From: an uncultured Chloroflexia bacterium
Lineage (GTDB): Bacteria; Chloroflexota; Anaerolineae; Anaerolineales; DRKV01
Assembly: GCA_963824065.1 (NCBI GenBank)
Contig: CAWGNX010000002.1
Span: 575,366-639,365, forward strand
Direction: 5' to 3'
DNA: 64,000 nucleotides
Position 1 is the stretch's first letter. The number at the start of each line of letters is the position of its first letter. Positions 9,902 to 17,469 of this stretch are shown here, in pieces. Made by a program: the position numbers and the translations under genes. A model generated the notes under the pieces. That model made no database searches, was not told the origin of the DNA, and saw only the letters and a program-made list of their open reading frames with translations.

Positions 9902-10669
9902 TCATTCCGCAACCATAACCTGGAGACCCGCACTGTGCAGGGCGTCGACGTAGATCGGATCGGCATCCGCGTCAGTAAATAACTGGCTGACTTTGGAAAT
10001 TGGGCAAATTTTGGCAAATGATATTTTGCCTAATTTAGAATGATCTGCGAGTGCGATTACCTCCTTGGTATGGGACAAGAAAGCTTTTTTAACATCGACA
10101 TCATCGATACTGAAATCGGTTAATCCATCTTCGATCGAGACGCCAGCAGTCCCAAGGAAGAACTTGTCGAAGTAAAACTGGGTAGCAATCTGCACAGCGA
10201 TTGGTCCAGCAACCGACATTTCACGTTTCCGCAATGTTCCACCCACCAGAATTACATTCACTTCACTATTGGCAAGCACTTCAGCAACCAGAATGTTTGC
10301 AGTGAATACTGTGATATTGTGGTGTTCCCGCAAACATTTCGCAAATTCCAGGGCGGTCGAGCCTACATCAATGGCAATGACTTCGCCTTCATGGACATGC
10401 TGCCTGGCGAGCATAGCGATCGCCTGCTTGGCCGAAACATGCTCCTTCGCACGCGAATGGTACGAAGGCTCGTGTCCCATACCCTGGACAGAAAGGCTCG
10501 CTCCGCCATGGGTGCGAATTATCGAACCTCGATCCGCAAGCTCCGATAGGTCTCTGCGGATCGTCGCGGGAGATACGCTCAGCATCTCCACCAGGGCAGG
10601 TACATCTCCGAATGTATTCTGCGAAAGATATTCGATGATTCGTTGTTTGCGCTGCTCAGGGAGCATCAT
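9902..10669 (-). CDS. DeoR/GlpR family transcriptional repressor
   Basis: 255 aa. N-terminal HTH 'RKQRIIEYLSQNTFGDVPALVEMLSVSPATIRRDLSELA' and a C-terminal DeoR sugar-phosphate sensor domain ('VILVGGTLR', 'FLGTAGVS'). First gene of the operon. Confidence 0.9.
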   Translation of the reverse strand: MMLPEQRKQRIIEYLSQNTFGDVPALVEMLSVSPATIRRDLSELADRGSIIRTHGGASLSVQGMGHEPSYHSRAKEHVSAKQAIAMLARQHVHEGEVIAIDVGSTALEFAKCLREHHNITVFTANILVAEVLANSEVNVILVGGTLRKREMSVAGPIAVQIATQFYFDKFFLGTAGVSIEDGLTDFSIDDVDVKKAFLSHTKEVIALADHSKLGKISFAKICPISKVSQLFTDADADPIYVDALHSAGLQVMVAE

Positions 10670-11095
10670 AAAGAATGACCAGGATTGGAGTTGATCAGTT
10701 ATGATTATATCTTAATAAAATGATCAAAGTCAATAAGTTTTAATCAATTATGATCGAATTTAATCAGATTTCTAATGGAAGAAGTGGAAATCTGCTCAAT
10801 CGAATTGAAACAGCTGCTTGTGGATTAAGAGAAATAAGTCGTGAAATTCGGGCGAGGCATTCCCCAAAGAGGCGTGCAAAATATTCAAGCCAGTTGAGAT
10901 CAATAAAACAGGTTGTGATTGGAATGCGGGAGATCAGGTGCATGCCAGATGTGTGCTCCTGGGCCGTGTTTGTCACGCAGAGTTATCAGCAATTCGCTCC
11001 GAGAATAATTTAGCGCAGCGGAGACAAGGATGATATCCTGTTCCGTCTTCGTTTATGTTGATATTTAACTTCGTATTGAGGTGCGAGTATTCCGA

Positions 11096-11938
11096 TCAGT
11101 GTCGCGTGTCGCTTGTCTCCACCGGCAGGGCAACCACGACCACCCGGTGCGTATTGCTTTCATACGGCCAGCAGGTGATCAGGGTCAGGCGCTCATCCTG
11201 GGACGGCAGGATCCATTGGGCATTGCGCAGGCGTTCTTCCACCGGGCGAAAGCGCTCGTTGAGGCGCAGGCTCAGGCCGACTTGATAAACAAATACTTGC
11301 TCCCCGCTGTACACCAGGATTTGGTCCCCTTCGATCAATGTGTTGACGTCTCTGAAGACTTCCCCGTCTGTATTGTGGTGCCCGTTGAGAACAGTGTTAC
11401 CAATGACCCCAAGAGTCGCTGATGTATTGTGCCAGCCAACTGCCCGTTTTGGCGCAATCCATTGTTCGAATTGCTGGCCTTGAGCTTCAATTTCGCGTTT
11501 GCTCACCGGGATGATCGGTGCGTCGAGCCCAATGGCAGGGATGAAAATCCTATCCGGGATATAGATTGGTTGGGGGGTTGCGGTTTGGGTAGGAAAAGGC
11601 AGGATTGCACTCATACGGCGAGTCGGCTGCCCATCGGGGGTAGGTGTGGCCGCGAGGGGTGTACTCGTTGGCATTTGACTGATATCTGGTGCCGCACCCT
11701 GGTCCAGGGTAGGAGCGCTCTCCAATCCGCTGGAAGGAACTTCGGCGGCATAGATCGGGACAAACCCCTGGTCGTCCTGCAGTGCAGCCACGTCCACTTC
11801 ATCGAGCGGTGAGTAATAAACCCTGGCATCGCGATACAGGCTGAATGCTGCCAGTAATACGACAATCATTCCGCCGGTGACCATGATCCAGCGCAGGAGG
11901 TGGTTGGTTTTGGATGGGGAGACAGACGTTTCAGCCAA
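11096..11938 (-). CDS. sortase-family transpeptidase (membrane anchored)
   Basis: 280 aa. N-terminal TM 'WIMVTGGMIVVLLAAFSLY', catalytic His region 'VLNGHHNTDGEVF', the 'LTLITCWPY' (TLxTC) Cys motif and a trailing 'RVVVVA' Arg. TTG start at 11938; an internal ATG is possible. Confidence 0.85.
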   Translation of the reverse strand: MAETSVSPSKTNHLLRWIMVTGGMIVVLLAAFSLYRDARVYYSPLDEVDVAALQDDQGFVPIYAAEVPSSGLESAPTLDQGAAPDISQMPTSTPLAATPTPDGQPTRRMSAILPFPTQTATPQPIYIPDRIFIPAIGLDAPIIPVSKREIEAQGQQFEQWIAPKRAVGWHNTSATLGVIGNTVLNGHHNTDGEVFRDVNTLIEGDQILVYSGEQVFVYQVGLSLRLNERFRPVEERLRNAQWILPSQDERLTLITCWPYESNTHRVVVVALPVETSDTRH

Positions 11939-12054
11939 AGTTAATAGGACCTGACAAACAATAAAAGGTAGTTTCCGACAGCAGGCTGGAGTATATCACT
12001 CCTTCCCACCTGATTTTCATGGTTGCTTTGCGGCTGGCGGACAGCAGCCCGGGT

Positions 12055-12088
12055 CGTTCTGGGGCACGACCCGGGCTGTAAGAAAAAT
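12055..12088 (-). other. perfect 12-bp GC-rich hairpin between the 181-aa gene and the sortase gene
   Basis: CAGCCCGGGTCG (12055-12066) and CGACCCGGGCTG (12077-12088) are exact complements around a 10-nt loop, about 20 nt after the stop at 12108. No T-run follows on either strand, so it is not a canonical terminator. Confidence 0.4.
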
Positions 12089-12107
12089 GCGCCCTGATGA
12101 AATTGAA

Positions 12108-12653
12108 TTAACGTTCAACTCGCTGGAGCGGTGTCTCAAATGTGAACACAGTGGAACCCAGGTAGTATTGGGCATTTTTCACTGCCAGGCATGCCAGCCG
12201 CCCGTATTCTCCGCGTTCCACGTACAGGGTGCGCTCGCATTCCGTCCATACCTTCACGCCCTTGTCATTTGGCGCCCACATCCAGATCGAAAACCCCGAA
12301 CTACCATTGCGGTTATAGGCTGCTCGTTCCTGCTTGGTGAGGTTAAAAAAGACATAGACTAGGCCCATGGGTTGGGTCGGGCGACCCTGGGCGGTGACGT
12401 AGGTCATATCAATCCCCAGGGTGCGGATGCTGACGTCCGGCGGTCGCAGGATGGCTCGATATTTGATCAGGTCAAGCGAAGCCGCCAGTCCGGGGCCACC
12501 ACTGGCAACGAAAACTCCTTGCCTTCCAAGTTCAATATCCCCAGGAACCAGGTTGTAGGATTTTGCCAGAGCAGGTGCCGTGCTGGTTAGAGCCAGTACG
12601 AACACAGCAGTCAATAACATCAGCCTGAAAAAAGTACTTCTTCTTATATCCAT
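12108..12653 (-). CDS. secreted hypothetical protein
   Basis: 181 aa with the signal peptide 'FFRLMLLTAVFVLALTSTAPALA'. I recognise no family. It sits between the sortase and its putative substrate. Confidence 0.55.
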   Translation of the reverse strand: MDIRRSTFFRLMLLTAVFVLALTSTAPALAKSYNLVPGDIELGRQGVFVASGGPGLAASLDLIKYRAILRPPDVSIRTLGIDMTYVTAQGRPTQPMGLVYVFFNLTKQERAAYNRNGSSGFSIWMWAPNDKGVKVWTECERTLYVERGEYGRLACLAVKNAQYYLGSTVFTFETPLQRVER

Positions 12654-12848
12654 GGAAATTCTCCTCTATCGTGTGGGAAACAAGTCAGGTGAACCCGGAT
12701 CAGCTGGAGCGGCTGGGATGTGCCGTGCTTTGGATTCACCAGAGAATATACCTACTACGATTCTAAATCCGTTTTTGTTCCAATCATCTTAAAAAATTCC
12801 CGGACAGCCCGATCGGGCTGTCCGGAAGTCAGATACAGATTAGTGGTG

Positions 12849-13844
12849 CTACTCTTCCTTACGTCCAGTACTGAATGCCATGCCTTGCAGGACCAGACCA
12901 ATTCCCAGGAAGCCAAGCCCAAGATTCAACAGACTGCGCTGCATAAAGTTGAATTGGGCATTCAGATCAAGTCCGGTTTCCGGGATCAATACCCCGGGAG
13001 TGCCCTGGGGGGCGGGAGAGGGGATCCCACTCTGGGGGGTATTGGTGGAGCGCGGCTGGCGCGGGGTCGGTGTGGAGATGGAAGTCTGAGGCGTTGCCGT
13101 GCTGGTCGCGGTGGATGAGCCCGTCGGCGTAAAAGTGGGAGTCACACTCGGTGTAATGGTAGGCAGCGTCCCAGTTGGAGTAAAGGTAGGTGTGAAGGTT
13201 GGCGTATTGGTGGGCAGCGTGCCAGTCGGTGTTACGGTTGGCGTATTGGTATCCGTCGGTGTATTCGTAATCGTTGGGATGGTAATGGTGGCGGTGCTGG
13301 TAGGCGTGTCGACAGGAGTGTCAGTCGGAGTCACCGGCGTATTTGTTGGGGTATCGGTCGGAGTCACCGGTGTATTGGTTGGGGTAACTGGAGTATTCGT
13401 GGGGGTCTCCGCACCGCAGGGCAGGTAGTCCTTGAAATTAAACAAGTTGGCGTTATCCGAGACGGCAAATACTCGGATTAATACTTCCGATCCTGGAGGC
13501 GGGGCTGGATCAAAGACGTGGCTAACCGTTGTGGGTCCCCCGGCGTCCAACGCCAAGGATTGCTGGTACCCCCAGTTGGTGTCACCGGGAGCGCGTGCCT
13601 GTATGCGCACGTTGACAGCCGGATGTTCCGGTGCATCGAGGTCAAAGCCATCACATGACAGGGTAACGAACCAGCCTGTTTGGGCGGATGCAGGGTTGAT
13701 GTTCCTGCCACCGGGCAGCATCAGTGCGATTGAGGCAATGATGAATGCTACACCAATTATGTAGGCTGTGCGATAAAGACTTCTGAGTGTTTTTATTGTC
13801 ACCTTAATCTCTCCCTTGTTGCTTGAAGTGCGGTATTCTTCCAT
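12849..13844 (-). CDS. Thr/Pro-rich surface protein with C-terminal sortase sorting signal (LIPETG, hydrophobic segment, RKEE tail)
   Basis: 331 aa. N-terminal signal/anchor '[17 protein letters not shown]', a roughly 115-aa (T-P-x)n region, then LIPETG (nt 12972-12989, checked by back-translation TTGATCCCGGAAACCGGA). This is followed by a 13-aa spacer, '[20 protein letters not shown]' and 'STGRKEE'. Confidence 0.8.
   Translation of the reverse strand: MEEYRTSSNKGEIKVTIKTLRSLYRTAYIIGVAFIIASIALMLPGGRNINPASAQTGWFVTLSCDGFDLDAPEHPAVNVRIQARAPGDTNWGYQQSLALDAGGPTTVSHVFDPAPPPGSEVLIRVFAVSDNANLFNFKDYLPCGAETPTNTPVTPTNTPVTPTDTPTNTPVTPTDTPVDTPTSTATITIPTITNTPTDTNTPTVTPTGTLPTNTPTFTPTFTPTGTLPTITPSVTPTFTPTGSSTATSTATPQTSISTPTPRQPRSTNTPQSGIPSPAPQGTPGVLIPETGLDLNAQFNFMQRSLLNLGLGFLGIGLVLQGMAFSTGRKEE
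13059..13406 (-). repeat. coding low-complexity Thr/Pro repeat ([10 protein letters not shown]... / [10 protein letters not shown]...)
   Basis: Degenerate 9-21 nt periodicity, visible as runs of gttgg/ggtgt/ggagt on the plus strand. Lies inside CDS 12849-13844. Confidence 0.8.
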
Positions 13845-13868
13845 CCTTGAGCTGATACATCTTGCTGT

Positions 13869-14633
13869 TTAAGCATCCTGAAGCAAATAACCAAATCGTT
13901 GATAATTACCGATTAATTCTTCCGAAACACCGCACTGAGCAAGCTTTTTTCGCAACGAATGGACAACCCATTTTAGCCGGTTGCGAATATCAGAATTAAA
14001 TTCACCCCAGACCTCGCCAGCGAGTTCCTCATACGGCACGGGTCGGTTGGCGTTCTGCGCCAGATACGTGAGCACGACATACTCCTGCGGAGTCAGCTTG
14101 ATGGGCTGTTCATCCGCCATGACGAGATGCGACTCGAGGTCGATCACAACTTTCGAATTTGGGAAGACCATCACCCGGTGCGGTTCAGGCGGTGCCGACC
14201 GGCTCAAGATGGCCTGGATACGTGCCACGATCTCTTTATGCGAATATGGCTTTTTTATGTAATCGAGAGCGCCTTCCGCAAAAGCTCGTACGACCGCATC
14301 CTCGTGCAGGATCGCCGAGATGATGACTACCGGGACTGATGTTATGTGCTTAAGCTGCTTCAGTGTTTCCCAGCCGTCAATACCCGGCATCATAATGTCA
14401 AGCAGGATTATATCTGGGTGGGTCTCAGCGGTGAGGCGTAGAGCTTCTTCGCCGCTGCTGGCGCTGGCTACGTTGATACCTACTCGCCTCAGGGTCAATT
14501 TCATCAGCGAGACAGTATCTTCGTCGTCATCTACAATCATTGCGAGCCTCTGGCTGCTAAGCTCGCGCACCAGGTCTACATCCAGACCCAGCTGGGAATC
14601 ATTGGACCGATCTTGCTCAGCGGGTGGCAACAC
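13869..14633 (-). CDS. OmpR/PhoB-type response regulator (REC + winged-helix)
   Basis: 254 aa. 'MIVDDDEDT', 'DIILLDIMMPGIDGWE' and 'DYIKKPY' form the receiver domain. C-terminal 'IKLTPQEYVVLTYLAQNANRPVPYEELAGEVWG' matches Trans_reg_C. No histidine kinase is adjacent. Confidence 0.88.
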   Translation of the reverse strand: MLPPAEQDRSNDSQLGLDVDLVRELSSQRLAMIVDDDEDTVSLMKLTLRRVGINVASASSGEEALRLTAETHPDIILLDIMMPGIDGWETLKQLKHITSVPVVIISAILHEDAVVRAFAEGALDYIKKPYSHKEIVARIQAILSRSAPPEPHRVMVFPNSKVVIDLESHLVMADEQPIKLTPQEYVVLTYLAQNANRPVPYEELAGEVWGEFNSDIRNRLKWVVHSLRKKLAQCGVSEELIGNYQRFGYLLQDA

Positions 14634-15354
14634 AGGTTAATTTCTCCTAAGGCAGTATAGGATTACTGGAGGCCTGTGAAGAATTATAGCTTAACCATTT
14701 GCCTTCGGCACAACGATTTTGAAGAATCAGCCGGGCAGTCAACCTGCAGGATATTTTATTAAAGTTCTGCACACGTTTCCTTCAATAATTGTAGCTAAAC
14801 TTTGTCAGATTTTCACTATCAGTTCTGTTAGATATGGTACTCCAGTACTAGTAGATTTCGCTCCCGAGATCTGGCGGGGCAACTGGGTTACCGGGCGAAC
14901 AAGGGATATAACCCCTCCCAAAGAATTGGTTACGTTTGAGGTGCGGGGCCGATGGTCTAGGCGGAATCGTTTTCGGGACTGCTTCACTGCACAGCCGCAT
15001 GAACTACCTGTACGCCCAATGAGGAATCCGTTTATCTGAATTCCAGGTAAAGGCATGGGATTCATTGCCCGGTTCTTATCTTTAGTTAGGGATGGAATCA
15101 GGTTTACATTCTAACGTGAATGGTGTAACACAGGCAGCCAGATGATCGAAACGAGAAACGACCCCGGGCTGCCCGATCAACGCACCGCAGCTTTCGGTGG
15201 GCAGCCAATTATCTGCTATCAAGTTCCAGGTTCTGTCGTTGCTGCCTCCAGCACGATGGAAATGCACGCGACCAGGCAGGTCTGACCATGCAATCATGTC
15301 TGCAGATGGTGCTCACTCACGTGTTTATTGACCGACTACCAGACTGGTCGCCGA

Positions 15355-15651
15355 TCAACCATCTCCTTCCGGGCTTCCGGAATCGTAATAATATGGATCT
15401 AGCACGCGCACCTGGCTGATCCGGTCGATGGGCAGCCCATTGCGCTGTGCCGCTCTGCGTAATGCTTCTGGAGATGGGGCATCGTAGATGCAAAATGCTT
15501 TATTCCGGCCGGGTACGACATAAGTAACAACCCAGGTGACACCATCCAATTTATTATTCTCAAGGAAGCTATTGCGCTCAATTTCATCACCACCTGGCCC
15601 AGGCAATGAAATACCATTCGGAAAGGTGCGCTCGACCAGGTAGCGTGGCAT
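15355..15651 (-). CDS. small DUF4242-like protein
   Basis: 98 aa. The 'MPRYLVERTFP...' N-terminus and 'AFCIYDAPSPEALRRAAQRNGLPIDRISQVRVLDP' resemble the DUF4242 family. The assignment is from memory only. Confidence 0.6.
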   Translation of the reverse strand: MPRYLVERTFPNGISLPGPGGDEIERNSFLENNKLDGVTWVVTYVVPGRNKAFCIYDAPSPEALRRAAQRNGLPIDRISQVRVLDPYYYDSGSPEGDG

Positions 15652-15675
15652 GCTGAATCCTCCTCTCTGTGGATA

Positions 15676-17406
15676 TCACTTGCTCAGAAATGGCAAATAA
15701 TGCCAGTAGGTTGGCAGGAAAGGTGTTTCCTGCGGTTCAATAATCGCGGTGGATGTTGGGGTGTTGGTCGCCGTGGCAGAATTGGTGGGAGACGGCCCCG
15801 GGGTGATCGTTGATGTCACGGTGGGTGTCAGCGTGGGAGTGCGGGTAGACGTATTTGTTGGGGATGGGCCAGAAGTAAACGTGGAGGTTATCGTTGGGGT
15901 GCGTGTTGCGGTTGCGGTACTGCTGGCAGTGGAGGTGCGCGTGGCAGTCGCGGTCGATGTTGCTGAGCTGGAAGCCGTTGGTGTACGGGTGGGGGTGCTG
16001 GTCGGGGACGCGGTGCGGGTTGGGGTCATGGTGAAGGTGGGTGTACGGGTGATGGTGGGAGAGGGCACAGTCACCGTAGGGGTCGGGGTAAGCGACACCA
16101 GGGGGGTATTGGTGGGTGTGGGCGTACCGGCTGAGTTGCGTTCAAATGCCCCGATATCACAAATCCCATTGCGTACAAAATTGCGCTGGTCTGTGCCCAG
16201 GAGGTCGCCATTTTCATCCAGGCAGCCTGCCGGGTTGCCCGCATTGATCGCCGGGCTGCCCAGCAGCAGGGCGTGCGTTTGGGTGCCGCCGCCGTTTTGA
16301 CTCAATACACCCAGGTTGGCGCTGACCCCGGTCAGGTTGCCGGTGGTGTTCCCGCCGATTGCGCAGCCGGCAGTGTTTTCGATCAGGTTATATCGGGCGC
16401 TCGTCAGTGTGCCGCTGCAATCTGGATTGTTGCCCCCTGAGAGATCGCTGTTACCGGCAATTATGGTGTTGCGGAAAGTCACCGTGCCACCCACAGAAGC
16501 AATTCCTCCGCCGTTGCCAAAGGTACCGGAACCGCCGGCCGAGTTATTGGTTATCGTGACACTGCTCAATTCGACAGTGCCGTTCGAATGGATACCCCCG
16601 CCATCGCCGTTGGCGGAATTGCCGCTGATGGTGCTGTTGGAAATTAATAAGTTGCCGCTGTTCGAAATTCCACTTCCGGAATTCTCATCACTGTTATTGC
16701 TGATCGTGCTGTTGCGAATTGTTGCGGTTACGCTTGCCTGGATAAATAAACCTCCATCTAAATTGGATTCAATCCGCGCCCGATCCAGGGTCAGAGTGGA
16801 ATTACTAAGGGCATAAATTGCATCCCCATTAAGCGTATTGGATATTCGGACGCGATCCATGGTCAGTTGACCGAACAGCCGGATGGCCCCTCCGGCAACA
16901 TTGCCAGAATCACCGCCGGTCAACGCAAGCCGGGAAAGCAGCACCTGGGTGTTGCTAAAAATTTCCAAAACTCGGTCGATGCCATTGGCGTCGATGATGG
17001 TCGTCAGTGGGCCATCGCCCTCAATGGTGACCGATTCGACGATATCCAGATCGCCTACCAGACCGGAACTATCGTCACCGGGGAGGCTCAAAATGTAAGT
17101 CCCGGCTGGAAGCACGAGCGTATCGAATCCCGTTCCTGCGGGGCACGCATCGACGGGCTGGTTCGTATTCGCTGCCAGGAGGGCTTCGCGCAGTGAGCAA
17201 TCTCCATCGGTGTTAATCTCATCGGTGGTTGTGGTGACAGTGATCGTTGCTGCCCGGGCAAATCCGAACGGAAAAGCTGCGAAAACCAGGCCAGCGGCAA
17301 GAATCACAACGAGCAGCAGGCGAGTAAACCATACCCTGCTGGGCGTGCTTGAGACGATTATTGAAAGTGGGCGCATAAAACAATTCCTTTCCTTTGTCGA
17401 TAACAA
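15676..17406 (-). CDS. secreted right-handed beta-helix protein with CSLREA-type motif and Thr/Ser/Pro-rich C-terminal region
   Basis: 576 aa. TM/signal '[16 protein letters not shown]', '[17 protein letters not shown]' (CSLREA-domain signature), many G-G/N-S-rich beta-helix turns ('GGAIRLFG', '[31 protein letters not shown]'), then about 130 aa of T/S/P repeats. Confidence 0.75.
   Translation of the reverse strand: MLSTKERNCFMRPLSIIVSSTPSRVWFTRLLLVVILAAGLVFAAFPFGFARAATITVTTTTDEINTDGDCSLREALLAANTNQPVDACPAGTGFDTLVLPAGTYILSLPGDDSSGLVGDLDIVESVTIEGDGPLTTIIDANGIDRVLEIFSNTQVLLSRLALTGGDSGNVAGGAIRLFGQLTMDRVRISNTLNGDAIYALSNSTLTLDRARIESNLDGGLFIQASVTATIRNSTISNNSDENSGSGISNSGNLLISNSTISGNSANGDGGGIHSNGTVELSSVTITNNSAGGSGTFGNGGGIASVGGTVTFRNTIIAGNSDLSGGNNPDCSGTLTSARYNLIENTAGCAIGGNTTGNLTGVSANLGVLSQNGGGTQTHALLLGSPAINAGNPAGCLDENGDLLGTDQRNFVRNGICDIGAFERNSAGTPTPTNTPLVSLTPTPTVTVPSPTITRTPTFTMTPTRTASPTSTPTRTPTASSSATSTATATRTSTASSTATATRTPTITSTFTSGPSPTNTSTRTPTLTPTVTSTITPGPSPTNSATATNTPTSTAIIEPQETPFLPTYWHYLPFLSK
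15742..16134 (-). repeat. coding low-complexity Thr/Ser/Pro repeat
   Basis: [19 protein letters not shown]...[33 protein letters not shown]...; lies inside CDS 15676-17406. Confidence 0.8.
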
Positions 17407-17469
17407 GGATAAGAATTATCGAGTTTTTGCGCATCGGGAATCGCTCCCTATATTTAAGTGGTTATTTCC

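Noticed and set aside
13059-13406. Short-period DNA repeats that could superficially resemble a repeat-spacer (CRISPR-like) array. The same applies at 15742-16134 and 56497-56674.
   Set aside because: The periodicity is 6-21 nt and degenerate, there are no unique spacers of CRISPR length, and the regions are in-frame low-complexity protein linkers. No cas genes lie in the window.
13099-13428. 109-aa plus-strand ORF ([15 protein letters not shown]...), and the similar 183-aa ORF at 15749-16300.
   Set aside because: They are antisense translations of the Thr/Pro-repeat coding regions. ACN/CCN codons read backwards give Gly/Val runs. They have no start context and are fully nested in well-supported minus-strand genes.
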